This document shows positions 24,711 to 32,187 of a DNA stretch of 42,643 bases, in pieces. This DNA is from an uncultured Syntrophomonadaceae bacterium (GTDB lineage: Bacteria > Bacillota > Dethiobacteria > PWVN01): positions 1 to 42,643 of the forward strand of contig CAZIRG010000001.1 in NCBI GenBank assembly GCA_964541505.1. The letters are read 5' to 3'. The translations under genes and the position numbers were made by a program. The notes beneath the pieces were generated by a model. The model saw only the letters and a program-made list of their open reading frames with translations, did not search any database and was not told where the DNA came from. Within the stretch, counting starts at the first letter, position 1. Each line of letters starts with the position of its first letter.

Positions 24711-27422
24711 TTAACCTCTTAATCTCATTCCAAAAATCCTACTTATCAAGGTCGGGGCTGCCGCAAAGCCCAGCACTAAAAGACTTTTCCCGGCATCAAG
24801 AGGCACTGTCCGGAATATCTCCTGTAACAAAGGATGGTAGATCACGACATAAAGAAGCCAAGCAGAAGACAATATCGCCGCTAAAAGATAGGGATTGCTG
24901 AAAAAATTAGGATCATTTTCCTCTGTCTTCCGACAATCAATAGCATGGATTAGCTGCGTCAATATAAGAGTAGCAAAAGCCACTGTCTGGGCTAAGATCA
25001 AATCTTTTCCTTGAAAATAAACAACAGCAAAGGCTATCAGTGTAAAAATACCAATATTAATACCTTGCAAAATAATTTTTTGCCAGAGACCCCGAGAAAA
25101 GATACTTTCTGTGGGAGAATGGGGTAAGCGGTGCATAATGTTTTTGTCAGCAGGATCAACTCCTAGAGCCATAGCAGGCAAACCATCAGTAGCCAAATTA
25201 ATGAATAAAATTTGAATAGGTCTTAGCGGTAAAGGTAGCCCTGCCAGCATGGCCAAAAGCATGGTTATAATTTCACCCACATTGCAAGAAAGCAAAAAAC
25301 GGATAAACTTTTTTATGTTATCATAAATATTCCTACCTTCCTCTACAGCAGCCACTATAGTATTATAATTATCGTCTCCCAGAATTAAATCTGCTGCTTC
25401 TCTGGTAACATCTGTACCTATTTTTCCCATGGCAATTCCAATATCTGCCTCTTTTACTGCCGGCGCATCATTTACGCCATCTCCTGTCATCGCAACTACA
25501 TGACCCCTTGCCTTAAAAGCCCTGATAATACATAATTTATGCTCCGGTGTAACCCGAGCATAAACATAAACTTTATCAACCAATGAAACAAGTTCGCTTT
25601 CACCTAGAGAATCTATTTCTCTACCTGTGAGTACTTTTCCTCCCCGTGGAAAAAGGTTAAGTTTTTTGGCTATAGATAACGCTGTAGCTTTATGATCACC
25701 TGTAATCATAACAGTTTTTATGCCTGCCTGTCGACTCTTTATAATTCCTTCTAAAACCTCGGGCCGAGGTAAATCCTGCATACCAAACACACCTAAAAAT
25801 ACCAGACCATCGCCAGGCTCCCTGACTAGAGGGTTATTTCTAGGTAACTCTTTCCAGGTCACAGCAATATTCCTTAGTGCCCGGGAAGCCATAAGCTCTT
25901 CTTTTTTAATAATTTCCTGACGTTTTTCTGCGGTTAGAGGCTGAATTCTTTTGTCATTTAAAAAGGATGTACATTGCTCTATAATTGCATCTGTTGCCCC
26001 TTTATAATACACTTGCTGTTTCCCTGTGTCATCCTTGTAAACTACCCCCATACGTTTACGTACTGAATTAAAAGGGTACTCCTTAATTTTTTTCATCTTG
26101 GCGCTAGCTTCTTCCCTCCAGATTCCTCCTTTAATAGCAACAATCAACAAAGCTCCCTCAGTCGGATCACCTATCGTTTCAAACGAAAACTGTCTTCCTT
26201 TACTGCTGCGCCAGGCAGATTTTATAGTCATGCCTTTTTTTTGTAGAACAGCGTTGTTGCAGAGAGCCGCTGCCTGCAGAATTTTTTTCAAACCAAAGAA
26301 GTCTTGTAGATTAATTTTTTTACCCTCACAATAAAAATGACCCCAGATTTGTTTACCTTCTCCCGACAAAGCAAACATCTGTTCACCTGTCAAAATTTCC
26401 TGAACCGTCATTTTATTCTGGGTCAATGTGCCTGTTTTATCGGAACAAATAACGGTAGCGCAGCCCAATGTTTCTACAGCAGGTAATCTACGCACTATAG
26501 CCTTTCTGCGAATCATTCTTTGTACCCCTATAGCCAGTGCTATAGTGACAATAGCAGGGAGTCCTTCCGGAATAGCAGCAACAGCCAAACTTACTCCAGC
26601 CATAACCATTATAGCAAAAGGCTCACCTCGATAAATTCCTAAAAAAACTACTAAAAAACAAATAACTAAACATCCTAATACCAGTAATTTACCCAATTGC
26701 TTTAGTCTCTTCTGTAATGGTGTATCCTCCTGCTTCACTTCCTGGAGCATGTGGGCGATTTTGCCCATTTCTGTATTCATGCCTGTTGCTACTACTACTC
26801 CCTTTCCTTTGCCACTAATCACTAGAGTACCCATGAAAGCCATATTTACACAATCTCCTAAATTGCCAGTGTTCTTTGACAAAACTCTTTTTTCTTTAGT
26901 TATAGATACAGATTCTCCCGTCAAAGCAGACTCATCTATATTCATAGTATCAGTTTGCAATATTCTCATATCCGCAGAAACTCTATCTCCTGCATTCAGC
27001 AAGACAATATCTCCAATTACAACTTCCTCTGCAGGCAGTATAACTGTTTTTCTATCTCTTATTAAACGCACACGAGGGGTAATCAGTTTTTTTAAAGCAG
27101 CCAGTGATTTTTCTGCCTTGAACTCCTGTAAAAATCCTAGGAAAGCATTGACAAAAATAATGATAATAATAGCCAAAGCATCAGTATATTCTCCTAGAAG
27201 CCCGGAAAGAAGAGTTGCCACCAGTAAAATCAAAACCATGAATTCTTTAAATTGGTTTAAAAATATTCCTGCCGGAGATAGTTTTTTTTTCTCTTTTAAA
27301 GAGTTTAATCCATTTTTTAACAACCTCCTTTTTGCTTCTTTCTCCTTTAATCCCTCAAGCAAACTAACTTGGAAATAATTTAAGACTTGCTCCCCACTCA
27401 ACAAAGACCAGCTTCTATCCAT
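24711..27422 (-). CDS. P-type Ca2+-transporting ATPase (YloB / SERCA-PMCA-like, P2A)
   Basis: It has the phosphorylation site CSDKTGTLT, the hinge TGDGVNDAP, TGES, PEGLP in M4 and 10 predicted TM segments. It occupies the same position as B. subtilis yloB. Confidence 0.92.
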   Translation of the reverse strand: MDRSWSLLSGEQVLNYFQVSLLEGLKEKEAKRRLLKNGLNSLKEKKKLSPAGIFLNQFKEFMVLILLVATLLSGLLGEYTDALAIIIIIFVNAFLGFLQEFKAEKSLAALKKLITPRVRLIRDRKTVILPAEEVVIGDIVLLNAGDRVSADMRILQTDTMNIDESALTGESVSITKEKRVLSKNTGNLGDCVNMAFMGTLVISGKGKGVVVATGMNTEMGKIAHMLQEVKQEDTPLQKRLKQLGKLLVLGCLVICFLVVFLGIYRGEPFAIMVMAGVSLAVAAIPEGLPAIVTIALAIGVQRMIRRKAIVRRLPAVETLGCATVICSDKTGTLTQNKMTVQEILTGEQMFALSGEGKQIWGHFYCEGKKINLQDFFGLKKILQAAALCNNAVLQKKGMTIKSAWRSSKGRQFSFETIGDPTEGALLIVAIKGGIWREEASAKMKKIKEYPFNSVRKRMGVVYKDDTGKQQVYYKGATDAIIEQCTSFLNDKRIQPLTAEKRQEIIKKEELMASRALRNIAVTWKELPRNNPLVREPGDGLVFLGVFGMQDLPRPEVLEGIIKSRQAGIKTVMITGDHKATALSIAKKLNLFPRGGKVLTGREIDSLGESELVSLVDKVYVYARVTPEHKLCIIRAFKARGHVVAMTGDGVNDAPAVKEADIGIAMGKIGTDVTREAADLILGDDNYNTIVAAVEEGRNIYDNIKKFIRFLLSCNVGEIITMLLAMLAGLPLPLRPIQILFINLATDGLPAMALGVDPADKNIMHRLPHSPTESIFSRGLWQKIILQGINIGIFTLIAFAVVYFQGKDLILAQTVAFATLILTQLIHAIDCRKTEENDPNFFSNPYLLAAILSSAWLLYVVIYHPLLQEIFRTVPLDAGKSLLVLGFAAAPTLISRIFGMRLRG

Positions 27423-27572
27423 TTTCTATGCACCCCTTTCGCACTATCAAAAACAACTAATTCCCATTATTAACAAGCATTCAGAAATCTAGTTTTTAAC
27501 CTAAGTCAGTATAATCCTACTCTTTCCCATCTTTATGCGAAAAGGTGTGCTAAAATAACAAGTTAACAGATG

Positions 27573-27610
27573 ATGATTTTAATCATAGTAATCGGCACAA
27601 ATCAGCGTCT
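27573..27610. repeat. Partial family B element
   Basis: It has the palindrome ATGATTTTAATCAT (27573-27586) plus a single arm AATCAGCGTCTA (27599-27610). The arm is identical to 2591-2602, and the left GACGCTGATT arm is degenerate or missing. Confidence 0.5.
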
Positions 27611-27661
27611 AATATTTTTTTGAAAAGAAAATTTCTATTAGGACCAAGTTAAGAGTTACTA

Positions 27662-27690
27662 TTGCTCTAAAATCAGAATAGAGCTATACT
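27662..27690 (+). promoter_or_regulatory. Candidate sigma-A promoter for rqcH
   Basis: It consists of TTGCTC (27662-27667), a 17-nt spacer and TATACT (27685-27690), about 30 nt upstream of ATG 27721. The spacer contains the inverted repeat GCTCTA-N9-TAGAGC. Confidence 0.35.
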
Positions 27691-27720
27691 TAGGATACGA
27701 GACGAAAAGGAGTGTTTCTT

Positions 27721-29502
27721 ATGCCCTTCGATGGAATATTTCTGGCGTGTATCAAAAAAGAATTGCAATCAGAACTCATTGGTGCTCGCATTGATCGTAT
27801 CTATCAACCAGAAAAAAAAGAAATCAGTATTAATTTGCGTCAGCCCGGAAAAAACTATCACCTGCTTCTTTCAGCTCATCCTCGAATGGCTAGGGTTCAT
27901 TTAACAGCTAAGGAAAAGAAAAACCCTTTAGTACCCCCTCCTTTCTGCATGCTTTTGCGTAAATACTGGGAGGGAGGACGGATTTTAGAGATTACACAAA
28001 ATGAGCTGGAACGTATTCTTGCTATCAAAGTACAAAGTATCGATAGCTTCGGTATTACAATTACTACCGAACTTATAGGGGAATTTATGGGTAAGCATAG
28101 CAACATAATCCTGGTAAAAAAGGAAAATAGCGGTCATCGTAAAATTCTAGGGAGTGTCATCCCTATTCACCCCAAAATCAACCGGGTGCGTACTATCTTG
28201 TCCGGAGAAACTTATATAGCACCACCTCCGCAAGAAAAATTCTTTTTGTTAACCCTTGAACAAGGATACTCGCTTTTTAAAAAGCGTTTCTACGAATATG
28301 GGAAACTTTCTTTAAAAAAAGTACTGGTTTCTCTGTTGCAAGGAACAGGACCTCTCACAGCAGAAAGAATACTTTTGCAAGCAGAATTAGCACCCGAAAG
28401 CAGGGTGGAAGAAATATCCGCTGCTCAATTTACTTCTCTCTGGGAAGGGTTACTGAAATTGGCAGCTATGATCAAAAATGAAGAGTGGAGCCCTATATTG
28501 ATAAAAGATGCCCAAGAAGAAAAAAAATCAGATTACTGTGCTTTATTGCTAACTGAAAAAAAGAAAAAGAACTTTTTGATAAAAACGTTCAACAGCCCTT
28601 CTAAGCTTCTGGATCATCACTATTTTTTGCTAGAAAAAGAAGAACAATTGAAAGAGTTGCGCTGTTATCTAACACAAATAGTCAGCAAAAAACTAGCCCA
28701 GAACAAAAAAAAGTCTGCTCGTTTAGAAAAAGAGTTAAAACAGGCCAAAAAGGCTGATGCTTACAAGGTACAAGGTGAACTTCTTAATGCCGGGTTGCAT
28801 AAGTTTGGAAAGGGAGAGAATTTTGTAATTTTACCCAACTATTATCACCCACAGGGAGAAGAAATAAAAATAACCCTTAACCCTTCTCTCACCCCGGCTC
28901 AAAATGCACAGCATTGTTTTAAAAAATACAAGAAAGCACTGAAAGCCAGAAAAGAAGTCACCCAGCGACTAAAAGATACTGACAGGGAGGCTATTTATCT
29001 GGAAAATATACTCTTAAGCTTGGGAAAAGCTAATCAGACAGAGCTGGAAGATATTCAAACAGAACTGCAAGAAGAGGGATATATTAAATATAATAAAGAC
29101 AAAAAGGGAAACGGCTCTCAACCTTCCGAACCGCTAAAGTTTATTTCTTCTGACGGTATCCCTATATCTGTGGGTAAGAATAATCGTCAAAACGACTTCC
29201 TGACATTAAAAAAAGCAGGGAAAGATACCTTTTGGTTTCATGTTAAAGACTTTGCCGGCAGTCACGTTATCGTTTTTTCCGCCAACCCCCCTTCCAAGAC
29301 CATACAGGAAGCTTCTCTCTTAGCGGCCTACTACAGCCGAGAGAAAAACTCCTCAAATGTCCCGGTTGACTACACCAAGGTTAAAAACGTACGTAAACCC
29401 AAAGGTGCCAAACCGGGCATGGTAATCTACGATAATCACAGAACTCTTTATGTTACTCCTTCAAAAGAAAGACTTCCTTCCCAAGTTGGAGGTGGGAAGT
29501 GA
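27721..29502 (+). CDS. rqcH: Ribosome quality-control protein RqcH (NFACT / FbpA family, YloA orthologue)
   Basis: It has the MPFDG N-terminus typical of NFACT-N, a central coiled coil, and the C-terminal NFACT-R/DUF814 block WFHVKDFAGSHVIV. ATG 27721 lies 8 nt after AAAGGAG. Confidence 0.9.
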   Translation: MPFDGIFLACIKKELQSELIGARIDRIYQPEKKEISINLRQPGKNYHLLLSAHPRMARVHLTAKEKKNPLVPPPFCMLLRKYWEGGRILEITQNELERILAIKVQSIDSFGITITTELIGEFMGKHSNIILVKKENSGHRKILGSVIPIHPKINRVRTILSGETYIAPPPQEKFFLLTLEQGYSLFKKRFYEYGKLSLKKVLVSLLQGTGPLTAERILLQAELAPESRVEEISAAQFTSLWEGLLKLAAMIKNEEWSPILIKDAQEEKKSDYCALLLTEKKKKNFLIKTFNSPSKLLDHHYFLLEKEEQLKELRCYLTQIVSKKLAQNKKKSARLEKELKQAKKADAYKVQGELLNAGLHKFGKGENFVILPNYYHPQGEEIKITLNPSLTPAQNAQHCFKKYKKALKARKEVTQRLKDTDREAIYLENILLSLGKANQTELEDIQTELQEEGYIKYNKDKKGNGSQPSEPLKFISSDGIPISVGKNNRQNDFLTLKKAGKDTFWFHVKDFAGSHVIVFSANPPSKTIQEASLLAAYYSREKNSSNVPVDYTKVKNVRKPKGAKPGMVIYDNHRTLYVTPSKERLPSQVGGGK

Positions 29503-29505
29503 GAG
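29485..29505 (+). repeat. Heptamer tract GTTGGAG GTGGGAA GTGAGAG covering the last five codons and the stop of rqcH
   Basis: Read directly from the sequence. It encodes VGGGK-stop. The convergent rluD stop follows 4 nt later. Confidence 0.6.
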
Positions 29506-29506
29506 A

Positions 29507-30448
29507 TTAGCTCTCCTCCCTTAAAACAGCTATAAGATCTCGAAATGCTCGGGGGGGCTCTGCGGTAAATTCCATGAATTGTTTCCTTATAGGATGCTCA
29601 AAGCCTAAGTAACAAGCATGCAGAGCTTGCCCTGGCAAGTTAAACTTATCTTTACGCCGTCCGTAGACACGGTCTCCCAGTACAGGGTAACCTATATAGT
29701 TCATGTGTACTCTTATCTGGTGGGTTCTACCTGTTTCCAACCGTATGCGGAGCAAACTGGTTCCCTGAAATTTTTCTAAAACAGAAAAGTGTGTAACTGC
29801 TTGCCTAGCTGTCGCAGAGGAAGACACCGCTATTCTTTTTCTCTCCCGTGGATGTCTCCCTAGGGGAGCATCTATGGTCCCTTCCCTGGCAGAGGGACGA
29901 CCATAAACTAGAGCCAAATATTCACGTTTTGTTTCTTTATTTTTAAATTGCTCTGCCAGATTTAAGTGAGCATTGTCATTTTTCGCTACCACAACCAACC
30001 CGGAAGTATCTTTGTCCAGTCGGTGTACAATGCCTGGTCTTAGAACACCGTTGATGCCGGATAAATTATGACAGTGAAATAATAATGCGTTAACCAACGT
30101 TTGAGTGTCATGTCCTTTTGCCGGATGAACTACCATACCTTGAGATTTGTTAACTACAATCAAATCATCATCTTCATAGCAAATATCCAAAGGAATATCC
30201 TCTGCCTTAATTGCTAATTTTTTAGCTGACGGAATTTCAATGGTTATCACCTGCTCGGGTTTTAACTTCTTACCCGTTTTTTTAACAGAAAAACCATCAA
30301 GTAATATTTTGCCATCAAGAATGAGGTTTTGTAGGCGAGAACGAGTAAAGCCGGCAAGGTTGTCTGCTAAAAACTTATCCAACCTTATCCCAGCTGCTTC
30401 TTCGGTGACATAGAGTATCTTTTTTTCATTTTTCATCCCACTTCTCAC
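29507..30448 (-). CDS. rluD: 23S rRNA pseudouridine synthase RluD (RluA family, with an N-terminal S4 domain)
   Basis: The catalytic block HRLDKDTSGLVV and the GRTHQIRVH block are present. GTG 30448 lies inside the heptamer tract, and an alternative ATG is at 30436. Confidence 0.9.
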   Translation of the reverse strand: MRSGMKNEKKILYVTEEAAGIRLDKFLADNLAGFTRSRLQNLILDGKILLDGFSVKKTGKKLKPEQVITIEIPSAKKLAIKAEDIPLDICYEDDDLIVVNKSQGMVVHPAKGHDTQTLVNALLFHCHNLSGINGVLRPGIVHRLDKDTSGLVVVAKNDNAHLNLAEQFKNKETKREYLALVYGRPSAREGTIDAPLGRHPRERKRIAVSSSATARQAVTHFSVLEKFQGTSLLRIRLETGRTHQIRVHMNYIGYPVLGDRVYGRRKDKFNLPGQALHACYLGFEHPIRKQFMEFTAEPPRAFRDLIAVLREES

Positions 30449-30462
30449 ATCTCACTTCCCAC
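30435..30462 (-). repeat. Four consecutive degenerate heptamers GTGGGAA GTGAGAT GTGAGAA GTGGGAT filling the lgt-rluD junction
   Basis: Read directly on the minus strand. They span from 2 nt after the lgt stop to the ATG at 30436. Confidence 0.7.
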
Positions 30463-30464
30463 TT

Positions 30465-31214
30465 TCATCCTTTAGCACGACCAACTCTTGCTGAGCAAAA
30501 GTATATAAACAACAAGGACAAACTTAAAAGAATCAAACTGATAATCTGACCACCAGTAAGAAAATATAGACGTGGGTCATCTCGAAAAAAGTCTATGATA
30601 AACCTTTGAATACTATAGAGAGAAACTAGAGAGGCCATAACAAAGCCAGGGAATTTTTTTCTTTTTTCTATAATTTTGAGGAGGAAAAAAATTATCATAC
30701 CACCTGCAACACCATACAATTGAGTCGGATGTCGTAATAAAGTATCGCCGTGAGATGAAGGGAGAGCCCAGAAGACATCTGTTTCCATACCGTAGCAACA
30801 ACCATTTAAAAAACAACCTATCCGCGTTATTGCATACCCTAAAATGATATAAGGGGCAATGATATCAGTCAATTTTCCCAAAGGAAGGCGGCAATACCAG
30901 CTATAAAGAAGACCTGCTCCCAAGGCACCTAAAAAACCACCGTGAAAAGTAAGACCACCTTGACGCAAATCTAAAAGCAGCCAAGGGTTGAGCAGCACAC
31001 CTTGCCAGTCCCATAATAAAACATACGAAATTCTTGCCCCTACTATGGCACTGATAAAAATAATTATTACTAGGTTAAAATAACTCTGTTCCTTCATACC
31101 TTCTTTTTCCATTCTAGCAAGATACAGCCAAACCCCAACCATAAAAGCTACTGCCAACATAAACCCATACGAATAAATTTTAAAAGAGCCTATTTGAAAT
31201 AAAACGGGAAACAT
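30465..31214 (-). CDS. lgt: Prolipoprotein diacylglyceryl transferase
   Basis: IYSYGFMLAVAF, GGLTFHGG and RIGCFLNGCCYG are Lgt signature blocks. Confidence 0.9.
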   Translation of the reverse strand: MFPVLFQIGSFKIYSYGFMLAVAFMVGVWLYLARMEKEGMKEQSYFNLVIIIFISAIVGARISYVLLWDWQGVLLNPWLLLDLRQGGLTFHGGFLGALGAGLLYSWYCRLPLGKLTDIIAPYIILGYAITRIGCFLNGCCYGMETDVFWALPSSHGDTLLRHPTQLYGVAGGMIIFFLLKIIEKRKKFPGFVMASLVSLYSIQRFIIDFFRDDPRLYFLTGGQIISLILLSLSLLFIYFCSARVGRAKG

Positions 31215-31216
31215 TA

Positions 31217-31660
31217 TTAACCTCTTTTCTGCATTATAAATAAAAAATCTCTCAAAAGAAAAAAAGCACCTAACACTACGGCCATATCGGCTATATTAAA
31301 AATCGGCCATACCTGAAAATCAAAAAAGTCAACCACATAGCCTAAACGAATCCTATCTGCTAGATTTCCCAATGCCCCTCCCAGTTGTAATGCCAATCCT
31401 GAACGAAGATAAATAAACTGAGCAGGAACCTGCCTGATATAAACGAGAATCAAAACTGATACCAAAATAGTTGCAGCAATAAAAAAATCGGTACGGTTTG
31501 GCAAAAGACCAAAGGCCGCTCCATAGTTAGGTACTAAAGTCAGGTGAAAGATGTTTTCCAAAACAGGGATGCTTTCAAACATTTGCATTCTACTGACGAC
31601 AAGCAGCTTACTTAGTTGGTCCAGAACAAATATTGCTACAACAATAAGAAAAAAACTCAA
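31217..31660 (-). CDS. lspA: Lipoprotein signal peptidase II
   Basis: It contains NYGAAFGLL and FNIADMAV, with the catalytic Asp in the context of each. Confidence 0.9.
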   Translation of the reverse strand: MSFFLIVVAIFVLDQLSKLLVVSRMQMFESIPVLENIFHLTLVPNYGAAFGLLPNRTDFFIAATILVSVLILVYIRQVPAQFIYLRSGLALQLGGALGNLADRIRLGYVVDFFDFQVWPIFNIADMAVVLGAFFLLRDFLFIMQKRG

Positions 31661-31675
31661 TTTACATCCTCCATT

Positions 31676-31972
31676 TTATAATTGCTTCTGCACAATCGCT
31701 ACTAGCTCAGCAATAAAATCACCGATTACAGGCAGATTCAAAACCACTAGGCGTTGCATAACCCACAGGGCAAGAGCTCCCAAGATAGTAAACCCTAAGG
31801 CAATACCAAATCCACGCGCTAAACCGCCCATAAAATTTATGAAAAGATAACGACGTGGATTATTAAGCATATTGATGTATTCCGCCAAATTGAATCTTTC
31901 CATGTCCTGAGATAATTTTTCAACTTTAATTATCACCTTACGCAGGAGAGATTCATTTTTTTCATCAGACAT
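31676..31972 (-). CDS. DUF5665-family small membrane protein
   Basis: It contains NFMGGLARGFGIALGFTILGA...NLPVIGDFIAELV. The family assignment is by recollection. Confidence 0.6.
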   Translation of the reverse strand: MSDEKNESLLRKVIIKVEKLSQDMERFNLAEYINMLNNPRRYLFINFMGGLARGFGIALGFTILGALALWVMQRLVVLNLPVIGDFIAELVAIVQKQL

Positions 31973-32007
31973 GTATTTACTCCTTACGAGGAACGAGAAA
32001 AAAAGAG

Positions 32008-32176
32008 GACGCTGATTTATTATGATTTTTATGATTGACGCTGATTTTTTGATATATTAACAAATAAACAGCTGTTTATTTGTTAATTGCTAATTATATC
32101 TATTTTACACTAATTTACTTGCATTAATTAATATTTTTATCATATTTAATCATATTAATCAGCGTCTTTCAGCGTC
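32008..32176. repeat. 169-bp family B palindromic element
   Basis: Two GACGCTGATT arms on the left (32008-32017, 32037-46) face AATCAGCGTC and TCAGCGTC on the right (32157-66, 32169-76). ATGAT/ATCAT sub-repeats accompany the arms. A perfect 30-bp palindrome lies in the core. Confidence 0.7.
32057..32086. repeat. Perfect 30-bp palindrome TTAACAAATAAACAG|CTGTTTATTTGTTAA
   Basis: Read directly from the sequence. It is centred on a PvuII-like CAGCTG. Confidence 0.85.
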
Positions 32177-32187
32177 GATTTAACCTC

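Noticed and set aside
23887-24722. Plus-strand ORFs of 159 aa and 170 aa overlapping yicC
   Set aside because: They are antisense shadows of a well-supported YicC gene, with Ser/Leu-rich composition, no recognisable domains and no SD.
26749-27378. A 209-aa plus-strand ORF, together with 25720-25920, 26098-26334 and 26428-26634, lying inside the Ca-ATPase gene
   Set aside because: These ORFs are entirely antisense to a 903-aa gene with all P-type ATPase motifs. Their sequences are low-complexity and Ser/Phe/Ile-rich, and there is no SD. They are typical shadow ORFs of an AT-rich genome.
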